Below are positions 19,017 through 31,598 of a DNA stretch of 64,000 nt, one piece after another. A program made the translations under genes and the position numbers. Numbering within the stretch: position 1 is the first letter of the stretch; each line of letters starts with the position of its first letter. Source of the DNA: Veleropilina oligotropha (Eukaryota); the NCBI GenBank assembly GCA_048128005.1, contig JBEUKZ010000093.1, positions 372,001 through 436,000 of the forward strand. Reading direction: 5' to 3'. The notes below the pieces were generated by a model. It was not told the DNA's origin and made no database searches. It saw only the letters and a program-made list of their open reading frames with translations.

Positions 19017-19295
19017 GTAATACAGTGGACATAAGTAAGTTATCAATGATGCTTTGAACGAGTTCATATATGGAGACCGTTTGAGAGGTAGAGGAAGCTT
19101 ATTCCAGAGAGTCGACGCCGCTTGTGCAAACGATCGATAACCGAAAAATTTCAGTTTTTGTTTGGGAATAATGAGCAATTTTTTATTCTCAGATCTGAGG
19201 CTTCTGCCCGGCGCATACTCAGAGACAAGTTCAGACAGGTAGTCGGGGGCTGTTCTGTCAATACACTTAAAGAGAGTCGACTTTAAATACAATTC
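19017..19295 (-). pseudogene. 3' end of an L2/CR1-group LINE ORF2
   Basis: APDYLSELVSEY..RSLRS..RSFAQAASTLWNKLP..FKASL is a typical C-terminus of these RT ORFs. Confidence 0.75.
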
Positions 19296-21029
19296 ATCTA
19301 TATGGGGGGTGCTGGTATACAAACTTGTCAAAACAGCTGAAGGTCCGGGGTTCGAACCTCGGCGTGCCAGAAAGTTTTCCCATGTTTGCTGGCTCTATTG
19401 CGGACAGCACCACTTCACTTTATCTTTCAAAGTTGATTGGCCCGATTTATGACTGTATTGATCCTTAATGTCCTGTGTAATTACAACCATCATGATGATT
19501 CGAGGCATTGGACATCCATATTATCTAAGAAAAACTCGGTTGCCCAGAGAAACCGGCCGGTTTATCCTAATTCTGCCATTATAAATGTATTAAATAATAA
19601 CAATAATAATAAAATATATATAAACTTCATTAGTAAACTTGTTTACATGCATTATTATGTCATCATTTGTTTCATATAATATATAATTATTGCCTGAAAT
19701 ATTCTTTTTAATTTTGCATATGATAATATTGCACAAAATATTTTAATAAACTGGTCAAATTTAATGTCTGAAGTCTTAATTAGACCCCTAATTACTCTTG
19801 AAATTCAAATCAACTTGTCTACGACCGACCCCCTGTAACTGGCATTGATTTTCTGTCTGTGTGGTTGGCTGCACAAAAACAGGTGGTGGCAAAGTGAGGA
19901 GAAACTCTCCGGCCAGTTACGGACAACTGCGATTGATAACTGAAGAAAGAATGCTATTGCCCCAGCAGAGATTCGAACCCACTTTTGTTAGTTACGCAAT
20001 CGAGCTGAAATGATGGCGTTACTGAATTTGAACGATGCTTTAAACTTTTCGGACAGTCTGCCATGCAATACAGATAATTTAATTTTTAACAGCGCAAGAC
20101 ATGCAAAATCATGGTATTTCAGTGAACAAAAAATCCTCATCACATAGCATTAACACATGCATAATGATGGCACATGAGACATGTATCACACTGAATACTG
20201 TCTTCTCCAGGTGACCATATCTCTGCACATGTCCCACAAAGACAGTCTGTATTATTCGTGGCATTTTCTGGCTGAAGCTGTTGTTTGACACTTCAATAGG
20301 CCATCCATGGTACGTCGAACGTAATGGTCTCTTACTTTATTTTCAACCGACTGTGTCTGTAGCTCTGGAATGATGCAGTCCTTTAAACAATATGGTCATG
20401 AAGCAAGGCAGGTCTACTGGCTTCTCGGGCACATTTACTTGGTTGATGCCATGTCTGGAGCGTGGATGACGATGTGGACGAACTGGATCCCTCGGAAACT
20501 ATCTGGCTGCATGCATGGTATAGAAGAGCTGCCACATGTTTACAGCACCCATGTAACCTGCATATAAATAAACAATTTATATACTGTATTACAATTAGTA
20601 CATAAATGTTTTGGAATGACTCTATAGTCTGAACATGAAAACTTTTATTTAAGTTTTTCTTGGCAATGTACAGTACTACCGGTATACTTGTTTATCAAGG
20701 TTTTACTAGATAAAAAAATGTTAGTTGATTTCTTGAAAGAATATTGAATATTAAACTACAATGAAATGGAATAAATAAGATTATTACAATTGTTAGAAAT
20801 GTAATAATATCAGTGATGTGCCCACACCGGGTGGCCCCACCCGGCAGTCTTTGCTGCCACCTGGCACCAAACAAAATTATTTACATTTCAACCCAGCAAT
20901 ATATTTGAACAAGAGTCATCGGAAGATGACGTATCCTCCAGATTCAACATTAACGAATTTCCCGCGCAGGATGCCGCAAGCGGATAACCGGACAGGAATA
21001 AACCGCATACATGGAAATATAGCCTAATG

Positions 21030-21505
21030 CACGCAGCAAGTTTCGTAAAGTTATGTCGAGCGGTGCACGAGATACGCTCCGGAAAAGATAGCATGAACAA
21101 ATTTACAGCACGGGCAATAACCCTGTTAATAATCGCCGCACAACGTCGAGACTGGCGAAAGGCATCAGTTCACCTACTACGTAATACACCCAGCATGTTT
21201 CATAAAGTTATATTGAGAGGTGTACAAAATACACTTCCGAAAAGATAGCTTTCACGAATTTACAGGAAGGTCAATAACTCTGTTAATAATCGTTAATAAT
21301 CGCCGCACATCGTCAAGACTGGCGAAAGGCATCAGTTCACCTACTACGTAATACACCCAGCATGTTTCATAAAGTTATATTGAGAGGTGTAAAAAATACA
21401 CTTCCGAAAAGATAGCTTTCACGAATTTACAGGAAGGGCAATAACTCTGTTAATAATCGCCGCACAACGTCGAGACTGGCAAATGGCACCAGTTCATCTA
21501 GGTAG
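21030..21505. repeat. Imperfect tandem repeat of ~160 bp, about 3 copies
   Basis: Recurrent aatttacag...gttaataatcgccgcac...gactggc...catgtttcataaagttatattgagagg. Confidence 0.8.
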
Positions 21506-24239
21506 ATACCAACAGCGTTTTCTGACCTCGATATAGATGAATCATCAATATCGAGGTCATAAAACGCTGTTGGTGTCTCCTCTTCAAAACTTGGCGCATC
21601 ACCAACGACTTCGTTGAAGTGAAAAAACCCATGTAGGTACCTTTTCCTCATAGCTTGCATCTTCAACCTGACTTTCTGATTGTATTTCTCCTAGTGACCT
21701 ATTTGAGCATAAAGAGCAAATAGGCGTACTTCAATCCCTCACTTTCATCGAATGAACCAGTTATTTGTTGTTTTTTTCTTAGTAGCTATCTGCCCCCCCC
21801 CCCCTCCCCCCTTTGCCTTAATCAAGATGCTCCTTGCAATTTTCATTGATTTTTTTCATACTCGAGTTAGTAAACATGGTGCATGGCCCCAAACAATAAA
21901 GCGAGAGCAAATACACACCATGGGATCAGTTATGTGAACAATAGGCCTCCAAGTGTTAATGTACCCATTGTTTTCAGGCAATGGTTAATTCGGCTAGCTG
22001 GTCAGACTAAATTGATGACAATAGATTTGACAGCTTGCCAATGGAAGAGGCGACTATCATATCATGCTCTAGAAGGCGATATGATGAAGGGGTGAAAGCT
22101 TGCATTTAAAATAGATTTTCACGGTGTGTATAACAGTTAATACAGCTGCCACCCCTCGGCGTTATAAACATAACAGCCTCGTTCTGTTATGTGTTTACAA
22201 CGCTCGGGCTGACAGTGTATTATCTATTACATAATCATCATTATATGAATGATATAAAACAGCTTGCTCTAATCTAGTAAATATTACTTGATTCTCTGCT
22301 GAATAACTCTTTGTGGGTCCAACGAACATATGCCATCATCTTTATATTTATAGTTCAGAGTCTCGACTTGCTGAGTTTTCTATATTCTCGACTTGGTGAG
22401 TTTTCTATATTATCAATCGTAATTTACATACACGTGTTCACCATAAAGGACTAGTCATTTAATATATGGGAGGACAAGAGGATTTGGTCTATTGATTGCA
22501 TACGTGTCAAAAAATAATGACCCACCCTCGGTCATTTAAATCGATTCATGACTTACCCCCGGACTGAGTATTTTCGCTTCGACACCCCCCCCCCCCCCCT
22601 CACACACGCACATCACCACCACCAGGGCTAGATCCTGGATATTAAAAGGGTCCAACTTTTACAATATATTATCAACTGTCCGCTCGCGCAGGGGAAAATT
22701 TGAATACTTAACAGCGTGATAATCATCCTGCATTTTGCGAGTGTCAACGTGATATTTTTTCGAACATTTATGAACCATTTTAACATGTAATAGAAATGGA
22801 TGGGTACTATAAATCGGTGTGTGATTATTTCATGACATACCACGAAAAAAATGTCAATTAGTCCAGAATTAACATTACGTTTTTTTATGTGAGAAATCGA
22901 GATGGCCGAAATTATCCACCATAAACATTTGCAGTTTATATTTGGTACAATTTCATTCCGATTTTAGGGTAATGTTAACAAGGCAGAAAGGCAAAAATGG
23001 ATGAAAATGAAATAATATTGGCAAGCACAAAGCTGATATGTCCTCCATAGAATGATGAATTGATGTTTAACGACCACGCCAACAGTATTTCAGTTATAAA
23101 TCGGGTCAATCAACTTTGACGATGGAATGAAGTGGTGCTGGGGCTTGAACTAGTCATCTTCCGTTAGTAGACCAGCACCGTATTCACTCGGCCATGGTGC
23201 CTCCTCCTGCAGAGAATAGTCATTGAGCACAAAAATAAACTTTCATACCGTACAAGTCGTTTGATATGTTAATATGCTGTCTTAGGATGTCAGTAAATTA
23301 ACAAACAAAGTTCTGGTAGACAACTGACACCTATAGATGGCTCGTGAAGATCGAGTTTTGGCGCGCATTTCTAGACTAACAGCAGACTTCTACAACATCA
23401 CTAGCGAAAGCATACTTTGATGTTATAAGGTTGAATCTTGAAGGACAATCTACTGACTATATCACATACAGGATCGTCTAACGTTAGACAACCCCAGAGT
23501 TCTCCGAATCCTGTAGAGAGTACCCTAGTCTGATGGGAGTTTGTTCTTGTTGCACACTGCTACTCCGACAGTAGCGTGATTTCGGTTGCAGACTGAAAAA
23601 TCACTGGCTTGATCGAGCTGACACGAAGAGTAGTGGGTTTGAACCTCAGTTGAGACATGACATTGTTTGTTCAAGTTAAGAATCACAATTGTCTGTAACT
23701 GGTCAGAGAGAGCAGGTTTCCCCAGGCAACCGGACTTTCCTCCCGCGATAATATGGACATGAACCGCTTTGAACCTATGATGGTTGGAAATATACAGGAC
23801 ATAAAGCATCAATCCTTTCCTTTCCTTGTTGCCCTCAACTGATTGCCAAAACCATGCAATGTGGAATCGAGAGGCACTGTGAAAGATCGGCAACATTGAT
23901 TTGAATCGATGCAGCATTGCTTAAAATACAGTTTTTAACAACATTCAGATTCTTACCATATTAACACGAGAGGAAAGCGCATTTGTCAGGGAAAACCATG
24001 CTCTCCTGTCAGCAATAGACATTGACAACTGTGATTGGAAACTGAACACGTCGCCCGAGGGACGAACGCACTCTTATTTAATATTAGAGCAACCAAGCAA
24101 GCGATTTCAGATTCCTCATCTTATTCTATTGCCTGGACCCATTATAGTCTGGGTATACATATCGGATCTTGTGGCTGTACCTGTACTATCACGGGTAACA
24201 AGGCAGCACACCATCTAGGATTGTATCAGGACCGGTCAA

Positions 24240-24802
24240 CATTATCAAGGGTTCACCCAGGAAATCAACAACCGCCGGTTAATTATCGAGGGTTCGCCCA
24301 GGAAATCATGTCAACAACCGCCGGTTAATTATCGAGGGTTCACCCAGGAAATCATGTCAACAACCGCCGGTTAATTATCGAGGGTTCGCCCAGGAAATCA
24401 TGTCAACAACTGCCGGTTAATTATCGAGGGTTCGCCCAGGAAATCAGGTCAACAACCGCCGGTTAATTATCGAGGGTTCGCCCAGGAAATCATGTCAACA
24501 ACCGCCGGTTAATTATCGAGGGTTCGCCCAGGAAATCATGTCAACAACCGCTGGTTAATTATCGAGGGTTCGCCCAGGAAATCATGTCAACAACCGCCGG
24601 TTAATTATCGAGGGTTCACCCAGGAAATCATGTCAACAACCGCCGGTTAATTATCGAGGGTTCACCCAGGAAATCATGTCAACAACCGCCGGTTAATTAT
24701 CGAGGGTTCACCCAGGAAACCATGTCAACAACCACCGGTTAATTATCGAGGGTTCACCCAGGAAATCATGTCAACAACCGCCAGTTAATTATCGAGGGTT
24801 CA
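24240..24802. repeat. 46-bp minisatellite, about 12 copies
   Basis: GGGTTCRCCCAGGAAATCATGTCAACAACCGCCGGTTAATTATCGA in tandem, no spacers. Confidence 0.95.
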
Positions 24803-27241
24803 TTGTACACCAGTGGCTGATAAATGAATAATGTGCCCATCCAACTTTTACGCAGTCTTTAATAAAATGCATGATTTTAATAAAAACAGCTTTACATGCT
24901 AAAACTTTATTCAACAATACAGAGAATTTTCATCACATTGGTTGTCATCTGGAGAACATCAAAATTCATTTTAATTGCGACACGATCTTTGTTAAATTCT
25001 GAAAAATGTGTCAACATTCAGGCTCCATTCGATTTACATTGGGCAACTTCAAGTCAAAAAATTTCAGAGCACCTGGCTTCTTAAAATTATTGATACCAGC
25101 CTACATATTATTAGACTTCATAACGGCATCATGAGGGTCAGTGTTCATGTGAAATATTTTGTCATGCAGGAACATTAGGTCCAAACCAATTATGGACAAC
25201 TGTAAAGGCTAACTGAACAAAGTGCCCAGTCGAGAATTTGAACGAAGTACTGCACAAGTTACACATAGCGCGAAAATAACCATAAACACCTCGGTCAATA
25301 CAAGCATTTTAGATTGATATCACATCATATATACCGTGGGCTCGATATCGGAACAATTGGAATGGGAGAGCAAGGTGGCTCTTTGTTCAGGGCAATTACC
25401 CAAACAATGAGATTCCGTCGAGTGGAGCTCAGTTCTAGGGATTAACAATAGACTGAAAGGTGTGAATGGAAGAGTCCACTGTTTTTGATAACACGGCCTG
25501 TTATCATGGGCAATTCCATTTTTAAGGGGTTACAGCTTGCCATTTACAATTGATTTTCATGGCATGTATGACAAATATTAACCTGCCACCCCTGTGCGAT
25601 ATCGGTCTTAATGTCTCTCGCAGCGCTCGAGCCATTAAAGCCGATAACGCCCAGCGTGGCAGGTTATTATTTATTACATATTCACCACCATAATTGTATA
25701 ATGTAGCGCTTTGAGCAAGCATTCGTGCATGAAAAGGCGCAATATAAGTATCCATTATTATTATGATTGGCAAAGCTTGATTTAATTTGAATCCATTTAG
25801 TTTAAAAAAAATTCAGTTGTGTCTGTGGACAGGCCAAAGATTTAATGTCTCTATCCAATAAACGGATACAGTGTGCAATGGAAATAAGGTATATATGTGA
25901 CAAATGTGTCTGCCTCCTCAAAATGGCATTCAAGGCAGGTGTTTATATTTTTCAAGAGGCTCTCGGGGGAGGCGACTATTTGAGGCAGGCGTATGTGGCA
26001 TACATGGTGGGGTGAACATTTTATAGCGTAATATTTACTGTGGATGAAAAGTCAAAATGACACACGTTTCCCTGGATTAGTTTTTTTTGGCACATGCCGT
26101 TTCTGTCCAGTTCAGGTTACCATATGATCCTTGAGGAAAGGAAATGATCGATGCTTAATGTCCTGTATATTTCCATCCATCATTTGGATCAAAGCAGGAC
26201 ATGTCCATATTATCGCGGGTGAAAAGCCCGGTCACCCGGGGAAACCTGCCGTCTCGGACTAGTTACAGACAACTGTGATTCATAACTTGGAACAAATGCG
26301 GAGGTTTGAACACACTACTGTTCGCGTCAGCGGAATCAAGCCAAAGATTTTTCGATGTCCACAACCGAAACCACACAGCTGTCGAAGGAGCTTTATGATC
26401 CTTGAGAGTACTCGATTGTGATAAAGATTACTGCATTTATGAGATGTGGCTTAGCAAGTGCTGCTCCAGATTTTCTAGTTGTGAAAATGACGCATCACAA
26501 ATACTGCATTGATAAGGTTTCGGTTTTGCATGGATCAACACCACATGCCGTTTAAGAGTGTCTAATCGTGCAAATGACTTGTCACACACAGTGCATTGTT
26601 GGGGTTTCTCACCCAAGTGGATTAGCATATGCTGTTTTAAGGCGCTTGCTTGGCTACAAGATTTGTAACAGACATTGCACTGAAAAGCTTTTTCTCCAGT
26701 ATGGGATAAAATGTGTCGCTGAAGTGTACAATTATCCGTAAATGATCTGTCGCATAAAATGCATGGGTACTTATATCCCCCAGTATGCATTGCAAAATGT
26801 CGACGGAGATTTGAAGATCTTGAAAATGACCTGTCACACATAGAGCATTGGTTAAGCTTCTCTCCGGTGTGGGTGGTCATATGTCGTTTAAGATGGTCTG
26901 ATTTTGCAAATGACTTATCACACAGATGGCATTGATGAAGTTTCTCACCTGTATGGATTAGCATATGCTGGTTAAGGTGGCCTGCTTGATAAAATGACTT
27001 GTCGCAAACACTGCATTGAAAAGCTTTTTCTCCTGTATGGGATAAAGTATGCAGACGAAGGTTACCATTGTTAATAAATTGCTTACCGCAAAAAGTACAC
27101 TGAAATGGGAAGTCTCCCGTGTGGATCGCCGCATGTTCCCGGAGATATTGAGGATTTGTATACGACTTGTGGCACACAGTGCATTGGTGACGTTTCTTCT
27201 CTCCTGTCCCTGTGTGGATTAACATTGCACTGATAAGGTTT

Positions 27242-27351
27242 TTCGCCCGTGTGAACTCGTATATTCGCCCGTGTGAACTCGTATATTCGCCCGTGTGAAC
27301 TCGTATATTCGCCCGTGTGGACTCGTATATTCGCCCGTGTGAACTCGTATA
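27242..27351. repeat. 22-bp tandem repeat, 5 copies, inside zinc-finger coding sequence
   Basis: TTCGCCCGTGTGAACTCGTATA units start at 27242, 27264, 27286, 27308 and 27330. Confidence 0.95.
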
Positions 27352-27559
27352 TGCACTTTGAGGTTGGATAAAACAGCAAAATATTTCAAGCAAATGGTGC
27401 ATTGATGAGGCTTTTCGTTTGTGTGTGTTCTCATGTGTACGTTCAGCTTGCTTGGTCCGCTAAATGACTTTCCACAGGCACTGCACTGATGAGCTTTTTG
27501 TTTATTTCCTGCAGGCGATAAAGAATGTTGGCGAAGATCACCTGTAGTAGTAGTGTTAA

Positions 27560-28210
27560 AGTGATAACCAACCCAAATATATCAACTTTTGTATTGGATC
27601 TAATATAGATTTAAATTTTATTACCTGAAAAAAATGAAGATAAATATTTCGTTATTTCGAAGAAAAAACGATTTATACAATTCCTCTCTTTCTGGCCTGG
27701 CTCCGCCAATATGTCGTCTGCAGTGGGTAATCTACGTCATAATCTCGTGTATTCACGCACTCGATTAGGCCAATATCAAGTCAATTATTGTAATACAAAA
27801 GAAAGGTAAAGTTATCAATAAAACACAGATGCGATGTCGTCCATTGTTATATGCGAGCAAAGGCGCTAATGGATAGTACAATAGACTACACAGACATGGG
27901 TGACCGCACATGAATGTTCATTGCACAATGGTTCTCTGAAGACTTGTTTATATTGAAATATAAGGGTCGTTTATAAAGACAAAAGAGCCTTTGTTGTAAG
28001 CTGACTGTCATATAATCTAATCGCGAGATTATGACGTAGATTACCCACTGCAGACAACAACATGGCGGAGTCCAGGCCAGGAAGGGATAATTATATAAAT
28101 CGTTTTTTCTTCGCATTTAAAAAATATTCAACTTTTATTTTTTAGTTAATAAAAGTTAAATCAATATTAGAACCAATACAAAAGTTTATGCATGCGGGTT
28201 GGCTATTACT
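27560..28210. mobile_element. Kolobok-like MITE with TTAA TSD and ~190-bp imperfect TIRs
   Basis: ttaa|agtgataaccaaccc ... gggttggctattact|ttaa; inner arms such as ctgcagtgggtaatctacgtcataatctcg are inverted. Confidence 0.8.
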
Positions 28211-30810
28211 TTAAGTGCCTCATCATCTACAGTACATGGGATTAGTCTCCCTTGCAATTGAGTAGGGATTGGGGACACTGGGACATCGACTACTTCTTGA
28301 GACACACACTTCATAGATGAGGTTGCCATCCTGTGTGTAAGTCCATTTGGAGTATTGAATGATAAAACTGAATTGTTAATTATCAGCTTGACTGGGGATA
28401 CCGGGACATTGACAACTTCTTGTGACACATACTCTATCATAGATGATGCTTCCATTGTGTGTGCGAGTCCCGAGCGTTGGATGATAAAATTGAACTGTTA
28501 ACAATCAGCAGAACTTGAGTTTATCTCAAATGATCAACTGGACAGTCTGTCACAAAAGAAAACCATTCTCACATGTGCAATAATAACTTAATATATCCTG
28601 CACACTCCACTACCACTGGAATATCTTTTCTTTGGTGCTGGATGCCTTCATGATTTTTAGCAGCAACATAACTGATGAAATCAGCCGTGGCTCGTGCTAG
28701 GAGATCATCAGTGTATTCCTCAACTGCTCGATTGTTTGTCGCTGCATTCAGTATTTGGGGCACCTGAAACATAATGGAAACATCCTCAGTTTAGTTAGTG
28801 CTCATGAATCGATACTTGATACTTAGCTATGAAAATGAATACTTATTTACGATATATAGTATTAAAAGATTTGAGGTTAAAGATTCATGGTTAAGAAAGT
28901 TACTTGGCTCATTGGTGAAACTGATTGGACAGAATCAACAGGAATATTTCGATATGGTTTGAATTGGACTTCAACACCCTTGAGGGTCACATCAGGATAC
29001 GACCATATTATCGCAGAGCGAATCCCGGACGCCCGAGAAAGTTATGGACAATTATGAATGACTGTTATTTTGAAGTCACTCCTGTTAAAGACGCTGATTC
29101 CACTTCAGTTCCGTAAAGTGGGATTTAACGCCAATTAATCAAACCCTTTTTTATGTATTCTTTGGATAAAATTATGCTGGTTTAGAGATTACCAAATCCA
29201 GAAATAAAATATATGATATGGTAATAAATGACTTCTGTTTAAACCGTCGATATTGAATTAACCGCGTAGTACGGTACACCTTTTATTCACGGTGATCATT
29301 CACGTTGGCTGCAGAAAGTTCGACCATATCGATAAATATATATTTTGTTACGAAAACAATACATTATCTCAACAAAAAGTTTCAACTAATGGAATGTACC
29401 GTATTTTAAAATTATTAGATACATTATATATTACTATTAGTATTATTATAATATTGTAACATAAAAAAACGATTGGGGAAACATCCATGACTTACATTCA
29501 ATGGCTTCTAAATTGCAACCGTTCACGCTAAAATTATGTCTATGACTGTAGCGATTATCTAATAATTAGAATACGTCCTGCTGCATTTTAAATTGCGAAT
29601 CATCAAATGAGTAGGTAATAAATAGGAGGATTAAGAGTAATCCCCTTGTATCTATAATAATATACTTACGTCCTTACTAATGCCATAATAAGCCTATTAT
29701 CGCTAAATCCGGACAAGGTGGAAATGGTAATTTCGCACTTTTTAGTAAATTTAACCAAGTTGACCCACTGACCTGCTCGACCTCCTCCAGTTCATGCCTA
29801 TTAAGAGCTCGCCAACTCCCGCGAGATCCTCGTGACCCAAGGGTCAAGACCTCATCCGAAGTTTTAGCAAACCCCAAGGCAAAGAACTTATATAAGAGGG
29901 GAGGTGCGAAGCAGGGTGGGCCAAGTGGGTAAGGACGTAAGTATATTATTATAGATACAAGGGGATTACTCTTAATCCTCCTATCTATATCAAATATACT
30001 TACGTCCTTACTAATGCCAAGAATAACTTTGGTTGGCGGAGTTATAAGTTCCATACACCAAAATTAAAACTTACTTGTTACCAGAAGACGACGCTTTAGC
30101 GTTGAGATCGAGTCCGTACAGAGTGGATTTTACTGAGCATCAAATCTACCCTTACCCCGAGGTGAGATTTCGACCAAGAAATCTGGGAAAACACGCCAGG
30201 GATGTTAGTCGGACAGGTAACACGAAAGTGCATGTAGCTCCGGACATCGTGCGGAAGGTATACCTTGAGGCACTCGTGTCATGAGCAAAGACAGTGAACT
30301 GAATATTCCGGACTCAAAGGTCGGCAGACAGAAAACTGCAAGACGTGGTTTTTAGAGGCACCCGAACCTAGGCAGGTTGATAGTGTTATAAAACCGTGAC
30401 AATTATTCATAGATTGAAGAAAATTGCAATAACTTCATGTTGAATAATAAAAAAATTTTGCATGTCCAACTTGCAAAATGTCAACATGATAACGTTACTT
30501 AAATAATTTTAAGTAGAGAATAATATTAAAGTTGTTCAATGTACGCACATTGAAATGTTCTGCGACAGCAAGTAGAACATTTTAAAAATAATATTATTTA
30601 CAAAAAACATTTTTAAGATTTCGTAATATAAATGTTTGCATCCAATGTGAGCATTAATTTCATATTAACTCAGTATGAATAGATAATTCCAATTTCTTAA
30701 TAAGTTTAAGAAAGGAATAACATTGGAATAAATTCTAAGGGTGTTTACAATGTACACAAATAGAATTACATTACATTACCTCAGTGTCCTGGTACAATTC
30801 ATTACACCAT

Positions 30811-31598
30811 TCACTGTAAGGATGACCTAGATCCCCTGATACATTGTTGATTTGCCGCCACAAAGGAAATTCTATGTTCGCCCGCAGCCGTGGTAGCGTA
30901 ATCACGCAAGTAGAAGCGAACAAAGGTATTAGCACTCTTCCAGTAACCAGCCTTCAAGATTGCATTGATATTCAAATTATATTTGAAAGCCAAGGAGGTA
31001 GCTAACGCACGTGTTTCATGCGCGTGAATTGAAACGAGATCTCGTTGGACCGACTGTAAATCTCTTTTACAACAGAGACTATCCAACGTGAAACAGTCGA
31101 TTTGCGAATGTCGCGGTGGAATTGAGGCATGTGGCTTACGAATAAACGCTTTTTACCCTGCCGTAGGTCTCGGGTCCGATCCAGGTAGAATCTCAGCGCA
31201 CGAACCGGGCAGTTCAGGCGGTCGATATCGTCTCTACCCAGCATGGAGAGGTTACGGATACAAACCTCGGGACTGATATCTTCAGGTCTTTGTGTCTTCG
31301 CGAGGAAGCCAAGGACTGTATGCAGCGTCAACGACCCATCGGTGTGGAAGTGTATATCTCGAAGCTCTCCGGATAACGCGTGTATCTCCGATGCCCTGTT
31401 ACCGGTGGCGAGAGCGGTAAGAAATACGGTCTTATAAGTGAGATTTTTTAGGGAACATTCACTCATAGGCTCGTACGGGCATCTAAGTAAAGCATTGAGA
31501 ATCAACATAACATTCCAAGCAGGCGGTCGCACCTGCTGAATAGGCCGTTCGAGTTGGTAGGAGCGTATAAAGTCCGATATTGTTTTGTCGGTAGACAA
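30811..31598 (-). pseudogene. DIRS tyrosine recombinase (frameshifted, with an N-terminal deletion near 31620)
   Basis: LATGNRASEIHAL, CPVRALRFY, HAHETRALATS and GYWKSANTFVRFYL lie in two frames. Confidence 0.85.

Larger units (their letters stand above)
26437..28763 (-). pseudogene. Disrupted multi-C2H2 zinc-finger gene
   Basis: Nine intact fingers with TGEK-type linkers at 26437-27200 and two more at ~27350-27495. Interrupted by a collapsed finger, a 22-bp VNTR, a MITE and an upstream frameshift. Possible splice acceptor tttcag at ~28764; 5' limit uncertain. Confidence 0.75.

Noticed and set aside
18663..19331. 222-aa ORF
   Set aside because: Chance read-through from the LINE fragment into the right TIR.
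21027..21248. Faint histone H3-like look (ASFVKLCRAVHEI...FTARAITLL)
   Set aside because: Similarity is too weak and the ORF lies in a tandem repeat.
24240..24802. Possible CRISPR array
   Set aside because: No spacers, no cas genes, eukaryotic context.
27540..28210. MITE spliced out as a new intron (AAA|GTAATA donor with nearby CAG acceptors)
   Set aside because: The donor is phase 0 and both nearby acceptors are phase 1, so the frame would not be restored.
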